Positions 39,508 to 48,786 of a stretch of DNA of 64,000 nt are shown here, in pieces. The notes beneath the pieces were generated by a model. The model was not told where the DNA came from, searched no databases, and worked only from the letters and a program-made list of their open reading frames with translations. The translations under genes were made by a program, and so were the position numbers. The DNA is from Bacteroidales bacterium. GTDB taxonomy: Bacteria > Bacteroidota > Bacteroidia > Bacteroidales > WCHB1-69. The stretch spans positions 2,754-66,753 of the forward strand of contig JAFVNW010000009.1 of the NCBI GenBank assembly GCA_017506175.1, in the 5' to 3' direction. Each line of letters opens with the position of its first letter. Within the stretch, counting starts at the first letter, position 1.

Positions 39508-39547
39508 TGGTTGAATGGTTGATTCGTTGAGGTGTTGAGGTGTTGAG
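39508..39547 (-). repeat. Five tandem degenerate octamers (core TCAAC on the sense strand) in the clpP leader
   Basis: The minus strand reads CTCAACAC CTCAACAC CTCAACGA ATCAACCA TTCAACCA, followed by TTTAAT and the ATG. Confidence 0.85.
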
Positions 39548-39571
39548 TCTGTTTTTGCTCTTTACTCGACG

Positions 39572-41089
39572 TTATTCAGCTTTGGGAGTGGATTTCTTGG
39601 TTTTGGAAGCCGTCGTTTTGGCTGTGGTCTTCTTGGCCTTTGGTTTTTCCTCTTTCGTTTCCTTCGCCTCTTTTTCCTCCTTCACCTCTTTCACTTCCCC
39701 TTCAGTTGCGGTCTTTTTGGCAGAAGTCTTCTTGGTGGCACTCTTTTTCGCTTTCGGAGCGGCCTCGTCTTCGGGCTTGATGTTGTAAATGATCTCGGTG
39801 AATTCCTTCATCGTCACCTTCTTCACGGTGGTCTTCATCTTGTTCAGGAGCACCTTGCCGATTTCATCGTCAAACAAGCGGTCATAGATGTTCTTTCTGG
39901 TCTCCTTATTTCTCAAAGTGTCTTCCACGAGCGCGTCGATTCTGTCGGAAACGGACTCGGCGTCGAAGTTTTGGAAGTACATGTTAACCAACGAAGTGCG
40001 CACATATTGCTTGATGTCGTCTTCAGTAATCTTGATGTCGTTTTCGGTAGCAAGCTTGTTCTCCAGCAGTTGCCAACGGAATGACTTTTCGTAATCAGCA
40101 TACTTCTCATTCAGGGAATCCGGGGTCATATCTTTCTGGATGGAAAGGATGTATTTCTTCATGAATTCTTCCGGGATCTCAATGTCGAGATGTTTTAGAA
40201 GAGCATCGATTGCATCGTTCATGAATTTGTTCTGCGCGTTCGGAGCGTAGTTTTGCTCTATATGCAGAGCGGCGTCCTTGCGCATATCCTCAACCGTCTT
40301 GATACTTCCATCGGGGAATGCCTTCTTAAAGAACTCATCGTTAATTTCAGCGGGGTCGAGATGCCCGATGTAAGAGATGGTCAGTTCCAGTTCATTGGGT
40401 TTGCTCTTGTCAAGCAGCGCGCCTGTGGTGCGGAGGAACGCAGCCAGCGGGACATCGCTTGTGAAGATGGTGTTGACATCCACTTTCACCACATCGTTGG
40501 CTTTTTTGCCCTTGAACAACTTTTGTCCTTCGTTGTTCAGGTCTTCGAAATGGAAATTGCCGCTTTGGGATTCCGGATAGGAGACGGTAACGAAATCATT
40601 CTCACCGATGGTTTCAGGTGAGGAGTATTTGCCGTAGCGTTTCTGCAATTCGCTGATATAGTTGTCGATTTCGCTGTCATCGGCCACAATTTGGTATCGG
40701 GTGAATGACGGGACTTTGCCATAGTCAAGATCGAAAGGCTTTTGGCAGGCGATTTCGAAAGTGAAGTGGAACTTATCGGAATGTTCGAGGTCGAAGCTGG
40801 TTTGATCGTTGTCCGGAAGCGGTTCGCCGAGCACTTGGAGCTTGTTGTCGCTGATGAATTTCTGGATTTCATCGGAAACGATACGCTCAACTGTGTCAGC
40901 GATGATGGATTTTTCATAATTGCGCTTAATCAGCTGCATCGGGGCCTTACCGATGCGGAATCCCGGAATGGATACCGTGCGACGAACTTTTTTCAAGCCG
41001 TCCTCTACTTTTTCTTGATAATCTTCGGGTAAGATCTCAATGCTTAAGATCTTAATCTGTTCGCCTTTGTTTTCGTTTTGAATGTTCAT
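39572..41089 (-). CDS. tig: Trigger factor with Lys-rich C-terminal extension
   Basis: 505 aa. N-terminal ribosome-binding region with GFRIGKAP (GFRxGxxP motif). The last ~70 aa are K/A/T/E-rich. Confidence 0.85.
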   Translation of the reverse strand: MNIQNENKGEQIKILSIEILPEDYQEKVEDGLKKVRRTVSIPGFRIGKAPMQLIKRNYEKSIIADTVERIVSDEIQKFISDNKLQVLGEPLPDNDQTSFDLEHSDKFHFTFEIACQKPFDLDYGKVPSFTRYQIVADDSEIDNYISELQKRYGKYSSPETIGENDFVTVSYPESQSGNFHFEDLNNEGQKLFKGKKANDVVKVDVNTIFTSDVPLAAFLRTTGALLDKSKPNELELTISYIGHLDPAEINDEFFKKAFPDGSIKTVEDMRKDAALHIEQNYAPNAQNKFMNDAIDALLKHLDIEIPEEFMKKYILSIQKDMTPDSLNEKYADYEKSFRWQLLENKLATENDIKITEDDIKQYVRTSLVNMYFQNFDAESVSDRIDALVEDTLRNKETRKNIYDRLFDDEIGKVLLNKMKTTVKKVTMKEFTEIIYNIKPEDEAAPKAKKSATKKTSAKKTATEGEVKEVKEEKEAKETKEEKPKAKKTTAKTTASKTKKSTPKAE

Positions 41090-41124
41090 CTATTGTAATT
41101 TTAAACGTTTAAATTTCAAGGGTG

Positions 41125-41132
41125 CAAAAGTA
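41125..41132 (-). promoter_or_regulatory. Putative -7 promoter box (TAnnTTTG) for tig
   Basis: The plus strand reads CAAAAGTA, 36 nt upstream of ATG 41089. Confidence 0.45.
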
Positions 41133-41267
41133 CGAAAAAAATATGGATTGGTTAATTCCTAATTTCTACGGTTGTTAAATACAAATTGAACGCGGAATTG
41201 TTCAATGGGATAATGAAATTTCAGGATGAATGCCAGATTGATTCTGCAAGGTTTGCGCCACTCCCCG

Positions 41268-41912
41268 CTATTTAAGGTGGAAGGCGAAGGTCAGTCCCAG
41301 ACTACCGGGCTGGCTGAAAGTGGAGGGCTGCAGGTAGGGAGCGAACTGCAAGGAGAGGTCGTCGGAGATGTCGAAATAGAAAAGGTGCGCGTCCACAGCA
41401 GCATCAATCAAATTCAGCACATAGATGATGGCGGTGGCGGCCACGGCGATTTCCATATTGCGCTGGTAGTATTTCTTCATCGACAAGACACTCTCATCGT
41501 CATAATTGGCGAGGTTGGGGTCGAGCAGGTCAAAATGCTCCTGCATCCGGTTCCGGTATTCGGTCCGATAGATGACCATCCTTTGGGAAAAGCGGCAGAT
41601 GAAATAGACGGAGGTGCCAAATCCGGCGTAGATGATGGGGACCTTCCACCAACGCTTGTTGTATATCTGCCCGGCGCCAGGGAGCACCGCCGACAATGCG
41701 ACAGCGACCTTCGGGTTGTGCTTCTTTTGCAGAATGGAATCGGTGGTGTGTACATTTTCAACCACCGGCTCCGCTCCTCCCCTCTTGTGTCCGTGGGTCT
41801 TCACAAAAGCGGAATCGCCAACCTGGGCAGCCCCGTCGTCTTGCGCAAAACCCTCGGTGCAAGCAAAGAATGCAGTGAGAAGCACGAGCACTACACAACG
41901 GAGATATTTCAT
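41268..41912 (-). CDS. DUF5683 family membrane protein
   Basis: ALSAVLPGAGQIYNKRWWKVPIIY motif. Its position directly after parB is as I recall for this family. Start set to ATG 41912 (MKYLR...). Confidence 0.6.
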   Translation of the reverse strand: MKYLRCVVLVLLTAFFACTEGFAQDDGAAQVGDSAFVKTHGHKRGGAEPVVENVHTTDSILQKKHNPKVAVALSAVLPGAGQIYNKRWWKVPIIYAGFGTSVYFICRFSQRMVIYRTEYRNRMQEHFDLLDPNLANYDDESVLSMKKYYQRNMEIAVAATAIIYVLNLIDAAVDAHLFYFDISDDLSLQFAPYLQPSTFSQPGSLGLTFAFHLK

Positions 41913-41934
41913 AACAGATTGACTGATAACAACT

Positions 41935-42822
41935 TTACTTGGAAAGCAACGACATAAGGTGCGCCAACTCCTCCTCAGATTTGAACGGAATCGTAATCTT
42001 GCCCTTTCCCGTGACATCCTTCGCAACAGCCACCCTTGTATTCAGTTTCTGGGAAAGATCCGACTTGAAACGATTGATTTCGTCCGAGAGTTTCACCTTG
42101 ACTTTTTTCCGGGGTTTCACCTCGCCGACAATTCTTTTGGCAAGGGCTTCCGTTTGGCGGACCGACAAGCCGTTGAGCAGAATCTCGTTGAGCATCTTGT
42201 TCTGGACCTCGAAATCATCGAAGCCGACAATACAGCGGGAATGTGCCATAGAGATTTTATTGTCGCGCACTGCAAGCTGAACCTCTTTTGACAGTTTCAA
42301 GAGTCTCAGATAGTTGACGATGGTCGTCTTGTTCTTCCCTACCTTAGCGCTGAGTTCGTCTTGAGAAAGGTTGCACTCATCAAGCAGCCGCCTATAGGAG
42401 ACGGCGATTTCAATGGCGTTGAGGTCTTCTCGCTGGATGTTCTCCACGAGGGCCATTTGGAGGGACATGACCTCATCAACCGAGCGAACAAAGGCGGGAA
42501 TTTCGGTGAGGCCTGCGAGCTTGGAGGCGCGCCAGCGGCGTTCGCCGGAGATGATTTGATAGCGGCCGTTAGCGATGGGGCGCACGGTGATAGGCTGGAT
42601 GAGCCCGTAGGTTTTGATTGACTGAGCCAGCTCGTTCAGCGCGGTCTCGTCGAAATCCACTCGTGGCTGTCCCGGGTTCACCTCGATGGAGTCCACGCGA
42701 ATCATAGTATCGCTGCCCGATTTCACATTGGCAGAGGAATTGGGCGATATGACGGAGTATTCGCCACTTCCGAGCAGGGCGCCTATGCCCTTGCCCAAAC
42801 GGCTGTTAGATTTACGGTCCAT
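41935..42822 (-). CDS. parB: Chromosome partitioning protein ParB/Spo0J
   Basis: 295 aa. ParB box IISGERRWRA and an HTH region. Confidence 0.9.
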   Translation of the reverse strand: MDRKSNSRLGKGIGALLGSGEYSVISPNSSANVKSGSDTMIRVDSIEVNPGQPRVDFDETALNELAQSIKTYGLIQPITVRPIANGRYQIISGERRWRASKLAGLTEIPAFVRSVDEVMSLQMALVENIQREDLNAIEIAVSYRRLLDECNLSQDELSAKVGKNKTTIVNYLRLLKLSKEVQLAVRDNKISMAHSRCIVGFDDFEVQNKMLNEILLNGLSVRQTEALAKRIVGEVKPRKKVKVKLSDEINRFKSDLSQKLNTRVAVAKDVTGKGKITIPFKSEEELAHLMSLLSK

Positions 42823-42823
42823 G

Positions 42824-43621
42824 CTATTTTGCGTCGATTAAGGGATTGTTTATGGAATAACCGTTCTGCGTCAGCACTTCCTTGGCGAGGTTGAGATAGT
42901 TGATGGTTCCGCGGGACTGGATATCGTAAGCCACGATGGGTTTCCCGTGGCTCGGGGCCTCGCTCAAACGGATGTTCCTTGCGATGATGGTATTGAAAAC
43001 GATGCCTTTGCAGTGCTGCTGCACGTCTTCAACAACGGCGTTGGCGAGTTTGAGGCGGGAGTCGTACATCGTGAGCAGAATCCCCTCAATGGAGAGCGAC
43101 GGGTTCATGCTTGACTGTATAATACGGATGGTGTTGAGCAGTTTACCGAGGCCTTCCAGCGCATAATACTCGCATTGGACTGGGATAATGACGGAATCGG
43201 CCGCGACAAGGGCGTTGACAGTAAGGTAGCCCAACGACGGTGCGCAGTCGATGATGATGAACTCGTACTCGCTTTTCAACTCGGAAATGGCGTCGCGCAT
43301 ACGGAATTCGCGACGATCCATGCTCACCATTTCTATTTCAGCGCCAACGAGGTTGATGTTGGCGGGAAAAAGGCTGAGATTGGGGACATCCGTATCCACG
43401 ATGACTTCTTTGGCAGAAGCGTTCCCGATCATGCAGTCATAGATGCTGGTTTGGACTTCATTGGCATCGAGCCCAACGCCAGAAGTGGCATTGGCCTGCG
43501 GGTCGGCATCAATCAGCAGTGATTTATGCTCCAACACGGCAAGTGACGCCGCGAGATTCACCGCGGTGGTGGTCTTCCCTACCCCCCCCTTCTGATTAAC
43601 AACGGCAATGATTTTTCCCAT
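42824..43621 (-). CDS. parA: Chromosome partitioning ATPase ParA/Soj
   Basis: Deviant Walker A NQKGGVGKTT. 265 aa. Confidence 0.9.
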   Translation of the reverse strand: MGKIIAVVNQKGGVGKTTTAVNLAASLAVLEHKSLLIDADPQANATSGVGLDANEVQTSIYDCMIGNASAKEVIVDTDVPNLSLFPANINLVGAEIEMVSMDRREFRMRDAISELKSEYEFIIIDCAPSLGYLTVNALVAADSVIIPVQCEYYALEGLGKLLNTIRIIQSSMNPSLSIEGILLTMYDSRLKLANAVVEDVQQHCKGIVFNTIIARNIRLSEAPSHGKPIVAYDIQSRGTINYLNLAKEVLTQNGYSINNPLIDAK

Positions 43622-43953
43622 TACGCATCCAAATCTTCGAAGGTTAGGTCAGCGGAATTTTCGGTGCGTTGTTCCGGAATGGCGAACAGCTCGTCGGCCG
43701 GCATCTCACCCGTTTCGATGAAATTGAGCATGGCCTCAAGGGCGTTCTTGAATTTGTCGAAATCTTCCTTGTACAGGAACAATTTATGCTTCTCGTAGAA
43801 GAAGGTGCCGTTCTCGGCGTTGAATTTGCGTTTGCTTTCCGTGATGGTCAGGTATTTCTCATCACTCTTGGTTGCTTTTACATCAAAGAAGTAAGTTCTC
43901 TTTCCTGCCCTTACCGCTCTTGACAACACTTCGTTTTTTTCTAAATTTTCCAT
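43621..43953 (-). CDS. DUF3276 (PUR-alpha-like nucleic-acid-binding) protein
   Basis: 110 aa. RAGKRTYFFDVKATKSDEKYLTITESKR matches my memory of the PUR-like DUF3276 family. Confidence 0.55.
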   Translation of the reverse strand: MENLEKNEVLSRAVRAGKRTYFFDVKATKSDEKYLTITESKRKFNAENGTFFYEKHKLFLYKEDFDKFKNALEAMLNFIETGEMPADELFAIPEQRTENSADLTFEDLDA

Positions 43954-43983
43954 CTGATGTAATTTGATTAAATATGTATTAAA

Positions 43984-44457
43984 CTAATCCTCATCATCAC
44001 CATAGTAGGCAAAATGAATGGGAATTTGCGTTTTCATAGCGAATGCCTCGCCGTTTTTCTTGGCCGGAGTCCAGTTCGGGAAGTTTTGGACCACGCGGAC
44101 AGCCTCGTCGTCCATCTCGGGATAGCCAGAAGAGGTGAACACGGAAACTTCCGAAATCTCACCATCGGCCCCCACGACAAATTGAACCGTCGTCGTACCC
44201 TCATACTCGCCGGATTTCAGTGTTTCAGGATAGGTCACCGACGTATCCAAGTAATCATAAAGTTCATCCATTCCGCCGGGATATTCAGGAAAGCTCATCG
44301 TCATTCTGGTGGTGTCACCATTGGCAGACTTCTGCTTGAACACCATCTGCTTCTCATTGCAGTCCATCGTGGTCTCCTCTTGGGCGAGACATTGCAAAGC
44401 ATTCATACTCAAAGCCATACAGAACAAAATGGCAAGCATCAAACCTGTTTTTCTCAT
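43984..44457 (-). CDS. Secreted TonB C-terminal-domain protein
   Basis: 157 aa with a signal peptide. PEYPGGMDELYDYL...GTTTVQFVVGADGEISEV is typical of the TonB_C fold. Confidence 0.65.
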   Translation of the reverse strand: MRKTGLMLAILFCMALSMNALQCLAQEETTMDCNEKQMVFKQKSANGDTTRMTMSFPEYPGGMDELYDYLDTSVTYPETLKSGEYEGTTTVQFVVGADGEISEVSVFTSSGYPEMDDEAVRVVQNFPNWTPAKKNGEAFAMKTQIPIHFAYYGDDED

Positions 44458-44485
44458 AATTTCTATCGGTTAAAATTTCAGCGGG

Positions 44486-44493
44486 CAAAGTTA
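44486..44493 (-). promoter_or_regulatory. Putative -7 promoter box (TAnnTTTG) for the TonB_C gene
   Basis: The plus strand reads CAAAGTTA, which is TAACTTTG on the minus strand, 29 nt upstream of ATG 44457. Confidence 0.4.
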
Positions 44494-44644
44494 CAAGTTT
44501 TTTTTATACTGAACTATATTTAAAATCTTTTTTCTTTCAACATTTTCAAAAAAAAGTTGTATCTTAGCCGCTCAAAAACGCAGGTGGAATTTTCACCCCC
44601 GATTTTGTGCTAACGACCTTATACTGTTTGATTTACATAGAAAA

Positions 44645-45829
44645 ATGAAGAGATTATTTTTTAGCGTTTCCATCGCGATTTTATTGATTTTTTCCACCAA
44701 CTGTCTCTTTGCCAACGAAAATATTTCGAAAAACAGCGAGCCGACCGAGACCACCCAGACGGCCGAGAAATTCAATCCGGGCCCCTTCATTATCAACCAC
44801 GTCATCGACAGCTACGGCTGGCACATCACCGGCGACGGAAACAAATCCGTCTCCATTCCCCTTCCCATTATCTTAGTGGAACATTGGAAGCCGACCTGCT
44901 TTATGTCCAGCAAATTCCACCACGGACACAACGCCTACAAAGGCTATGCGCAAGGGTTCACCCCCGAGACCGAGAACAAGATCGTGAAATTGGTCGCCCC
45001 CTATGCCGACTACAGCGGCGAACTTTCGGCAATTTTCGAAGAAGCCGGCATCCACAAAGGCGACTACGCTGCTGCCGCCAAACTCATCGACGCAGACGCC
45101 ACCAAGGCCATCTTCGACATCTCTATCACCAAGAACGTCTGTGCCCTCTTCGTCTCCATCATCATCCTGCTATGGCTCTTCCTTGCCGTCGCCAAGCAAT
45201 ACAAGAGACGCGAAGGAATGGCCCCCCACGGCGCACAAGGCCTCGTGGAACCACTCATCCTCTTCATCCGTGATGAGGTCGCCATCCCCTCCTTGGGCAA
45301 CAAATACGAAAAATACTTCCCCTACTTGCTGACCCTCTTCTTCTTCATATTGGTCAACAACCTGATGGGCCTGATTCCGATATTCCCAGGCGGTGCCAAC
45401 GTCACCGGCAACATCGCCATTACCGGCATCCTGGCGGTCATCACTTTCCTGATCACGACCTTCTCTTCAAACAAAAACTATTGGAAACACTTGGTGAATA
45501 CGCCTGGCGTTCCGTGGTGGCTTAAATTCCCACTGCCCCTCATGCCCCTCATTGAAATCATCGGCATTTTCACCAAACCCTTCGTACTGATGGTCCGTCT
45601 TTTTGCCAACATCACGGCTGGACACATCATCGTACTGGGCGTCATCTCCTTGATTTTCATCTTCGGCGGAATGTCCATTGGTCTCGGCTACGGCGTATCC
45701 ATCGTCTCACTTGTCTTCTATCTGTTCATGGGACTTCTGGAACTCATCGTCGCATTCATCCAAGCCTTCGTATTCACGCTGCTCACAGCCCTGTTCACCG
45801 GCATGGCTATGGAGGAAGAACATGAATGA
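44645..45829 (+). CDS. atpB: F-type ATP synthase subunit a
   Basis: 394 aa, polytopic. Conserved stator Arg motif VRLFANITAGH. Confidence 0.85.
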   Translation: MKRLFFSVSIAILLIFSTNCLFANENISKNSEPTETTQTAEKFNPGPFIINHVIDSYGWHITGDGNKSVSIPLPIILVEHWKPTCFMSSKFHHGHNAYKGYAQGFTPETENKIVKLVAPYADYSGELSAIFEEAGIHKGDYAAAAKLIDADATKAIFDISITKNVCALFVSIIILLWLFLAVAKQYKRREGMAPHGAQGLVEPLILFIRDEVAIPSLGNKYEKYFPYLLTLFFFILVNNLMGLIPIFPGGANVTGNIAITGILAVITFLITTFSSNKNYWKHLVNTPGVPWWLKFPLPLMPLIEIIGIFTKPFVLMVRLFANITAGHIIVLGVISLIFIFGGMSIGLGYGVSIVSLVFYLFMGLLELIVAFIQAFVFTLLTALFTGMAMEEEHE

Positions 45830-45872
45830 CATTTCTTTAATGCAAACTCTTTTTATTCACTAAATTTTATAA

Positions 45873-46133
<261 letters not shown>

Positions 46134-46154
46134 CACGAAAACAAACACTGAAAA

Positions 46155-46189
46155 GGGTTCTTCCGCGGTTGGCGGAAGAACTCTTTTTT
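46155..46189 (+). terminator. Strong intrinsic terminator immediately after atpE
   Basis: GTTCTTCCGC (46157-46166), loop GGTTG, GCGGAAGAAC (46172-46181), then TCTTTTTT. Confidence 0.8.
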
Positions 46190-46203
46190 AACTTACATGG
46201 TTT

Positions 46204-46211
46204 TAGATTTG
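46204..46211 (+). promoter_or_regulatory. Possible -7 promoter box (TAnnTTTG) for pheT (very short leader)
   Basis: TAGATTTG, ending 11 nt before ATG 46223. Confidence 0.3.
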
Positions 46212-46222
46212 ACGATTTAACA

Positions 46223-48676
46223 ATGAAAATTTCTTACAACTGGTTAAAACAATACATCAATTTCAACCTGAATCCCGATGACACAGCCCGCTATCTCACC
46301 GATTGCGGCTTGGAAGTGGAGGGCATTGAACAATTCGAGACCATCAAAGGCGGTTTACGCGGACTGGTTGTAGGTGAAGTGCTCTCTTGCGAGCCTCACC
46401 CTGACTCCGACCACCTGCACGTAACCACCGTCGATGTGGGCGGCGAAACCCCGCTCAATATTGTCTGCGGCGCCGCCAACGTTGCGCAAGGCCAGAAAGT
46501 GATTGTCGCCACCATCGGCACTGTCCTGTACAACGGCGACGAATCCTTCACCATCAAGAAGTCCAAACTGCGCGGTGTCGTCTCTGAAGGCATGATTTGC
46601 GCGGAGGACGAAATCGGCGTGGGCACCTCACATGCCGGCATCATGGTACTTCCGCCCGAAACAAAGGTGGGCACCCCCGCCTCCAAACTTTTCAACGTGG
46701 AGACCGACACCATCTTTGAAATCGGACTCACCCCCAACCGAAGCGATGCTATCTGCCACTTCGGCGTCGCTCGCGATCTGCAGGCCATCCTCAAGGCCAA
46801 CGGCATCAGCTGCTCAGCCCCAATTCTCCCTTTGAATCACGAACTGCGCAACACCATCAAGCAGGGTACGATTGAGGTGGTTGTCGAGAACAAAAAAGAC
46901 TGCCCCCGCTATACCGGAATCACCATGCACGGAATCACCGTGAAGGAGTCGCCGGTATGGCTACAAAACCGCCTCAAATCCATCGGTGTACGCCCTATTA
47001 ATAATATTGTAGATATCACCAATTTTGTCATGTTTGAAGTGGGACAGCCTCTTCACGCTTTCGATGCCGATAAAATAAATGGCAACAAGGTGATCGTCAA
47101 GAACTTGCCGTCGGGCACGCCGTTTGTCACACTGGACGGGAACGAAATCAAATTGGACGAGCACGACCTGATGATTTGCAACGAAACAGAAGGGATGTGC
47201 ATCGCAGGTGTTTATGGAGGCAAGGACTCCGGCATCAGCGACACCACCCAGAATATATTCCTCGAAAGTGCCTATTTCAATCCCGTTTCCATTCGCAAGA
47301 CATCCAAACGCCACAACCTGAAAACAGATTCAGCTTTCAGATTCGAACGCGGGTGCGACCCCGACATGACGGAATACGCCATCTGCCGTGCCGCCAATCT
47401 GATTAAAGAGTACGCTGGCGGACGCACTTCCGATATCGTGGACATCTATCCTGAAGAAATCGAAAAGAAGAAAATCACCCTCCGCTACGACGACCTTTAC
47501 AGAATAGCGGGCAAAAAGATCGACAAGCAAATGGTTATCAACATCCTCATCTCCCTTGGTCTGGATTTATCTTCCTCCAAGGCCGGCGATGAGCAGGTCA
47601 CAGCCGTTGTGCCGCTCTACAAAGTAGATGTCACCCGGCCAATCGACTTGGTGGAAGAGATCTTAAGGATTTACGGCTACAACAATATTGAAATCCCCGA
47701 CAACCTCCATTACAATATTAATATTAAGAGCGAAAAGAATAACCGTCCGACCCAGAACAAAATATCCAACTACTTGGCTTACAATGGTTTCTTTGAAATC
47801 ATGAACAATTCGCTCACCAAAAGCGCTTATGCGGAACATTTCAACTTCATTGATGAAACAGAATCGGTTCATCTGCTCAATCCGCTCAGCTCCGAACTGA
47901 ACGTGATGCGCCAGACCCTACTCTTCAGCGGCTTGGAAAACATCGCACGCAATACAAACAACAAACGCGGGGATTTGAAACTGTTCGAATTCGGGAAGAG
48001 TTACTACAAAAACAAGAATGCCTCCCGCCAAGATTCCGTCACCGACCAATACAAAGAAAAAGAGTGGATTTCACTCTTCGTAACAGGTAAAAACCACGAT
48101 GACCTGTGGTACGAAGCAGGAAAGAATCTGGACTTCTTCTATCTTAAAAACATCATTGAAAACATATTTAAATTGGTAAATATCAATGATTTGGAAATCA
48201 GAATGGAGGAAGACGAACGATTCACGAGCCATCTGCGCTACTACAAAGGCAGTGAATGCCTCTGCACCATCGGGGAGCTCCAGCCCCCCATTTTGAAGTA
48301 TTTTGACCTCAAGAAACCGGTTTATTACGCCGAAATCGACACAAACCTGCTTTACAGCATCTGCGGCGGAAACGTATTCTATTCCCAGATTCCGACTTTT
48401 CCGGCAGTTAAACGCGACTTGGCCCTTGTGGTTGACAAAAACATCACGTACGACACGATGGAAAAAATCGCTTACAAATATGGTTCCAAACTGCTGAAAA
48501 ACGTTTCACTATTTGATGTTTACGAAGGCGACAAAATCGAAGAGGGCAAAAAGTCGTATGCAATGAGTTTCATTTTGCAACACGCCGATAAAACGCTTAC
48601 CGACGACGACATCACAAAAATCATGAACAAACTAATTTACGCTTACGAAAAAGAAGTCGGAGCGAAATTAAGATAA
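46223..48676 (+). CDS. pheT: Phenylalanine--tRNA ligase beta subunit
   Basis: 817 aa. MKISYNWLKQYI N-terminus, tRNA-binding OB domain, B3/4 and B5 domains, and FDVYEG near the C-terminus. Start set to ATG 46223. Confidence 0.9.
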   Translation: MKISYNWLKQYINFNLNPDDTARYLTDCGLEVEGIEQFETIKGGLRGLVVGEVLSCEPHPDSDHLHVTTVDVGGETPLNIVCGAANVAQGQKVIVATIGTVLYNGDESFTIKKSKLRGVVSEGMICAEDEIGVGTSHAGIMVLPPETKVGTPASKLFNVETDTIFEIGLTPNRSDAICHFGVARDLQAILKANGISCSAPILPLNHELRNTIKQGTIEVVVENKKDCPRYTGITMHGITVKESPVWLQNRLKSIGVRPINNIVDITNFVMFEVGQPLHAFDADKINGNKVIVKNLPSGTPFVTLDGNEIKLDEHDLMICNETEGMCIAGVYGGKDSGISDTTQNIFLESAYFNPVSIRKTSKRHNLKTDSAFRFERGCDPDMTEYAICRAANLIKEYAGGRTSDIVDIYPEEIEKKKITLRYDDLYRIAGKKIDKQMVINILISLGLDLSSSKAGDEQVTAVVPLYKVDVTRPIDLVEEILRIYGYNNIEIPDNLHYNINIKSEKNNRPTQNKISNYLAYNGFFEIMNNSLTKSAYAEHFNFIDETESVHLLNPLSSELNVMRQTLLFSGLENIARNTNNKRGDLKLFEFGKSYYKNKNASRQDSVTDQYKEKEWISLFVTGKNHDDLWYEAGKNLDFFYLKNIIENIFKLVNINDLEIRMEEDERFTSHLRYYKGSECLCTIGELQPPILKYFDLKKPVYYAEIDTNLLYSICGGNVFYSQIPTFPAVKRDLALVVDKNITYDTMEKIAYKYGSKLLKNVSLFDVYEGDKIEEGKKSYAMSFILQHADKTLTDDDITKIMNKLIYAYEKEVGAKLR

Positions 48677-48696
48677 TAACGGAATTGTTTTCCCAC

Positions 48697-48728
48697 AGAG
48701 ACGCGATTCGTTGCGTCTCTTTTTTTTT
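48697..48728 (+). terminator. Intrinsic terminator after pheT
   Basis: AGAGACGC (48697-48704), loop gattcgtt, GCGTCTCT (48713-48720), then T8. Confidence 0.75.
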
Positions 48729-48743
48729 GCGGGAAAAGAGGTG

Positions 48744-48770
48744 AATAAAAAAGGCGCTGCATGCAGCGCC
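48744..48770 (-). terminator. Palindromic hairpin + T-run terminating the mrp-like gene
   Basis: GGCGCTGCATGCAGCGCC (48753-48770). On the minus strand it is followed by TTTTTTATT. Confidence 0.65.
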
Positions 48771-48786
48771 TCCACATTAGAAAAGA

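Noticed and set aside
39540-39788. 82-aa plus-strand ORF (F/S/L-rich) overlapping the 3' end of tig
   Set aside because: It is antisense to the Lys-rich tail of trigger factor (AAG/AAA codons read as CTT/TTT). It is a shadow ORF.
44458-44644. Possible replication origin. Gene orientation flips here, from a 30-kb minus-strand run to plus-strand genes, and parAB lies 1-2.5 kb away.
   Set aside because: The spacer is only 187 bp. I could find no cluster of DnaA-box-like 9-mers, no AT-rich unwinding repeats and no dnaA gene nearby. Other divergent junctions (3513-3712, 55890-56245) look similar. Cumulative GC skew over the whole replicon would be needed to test this.
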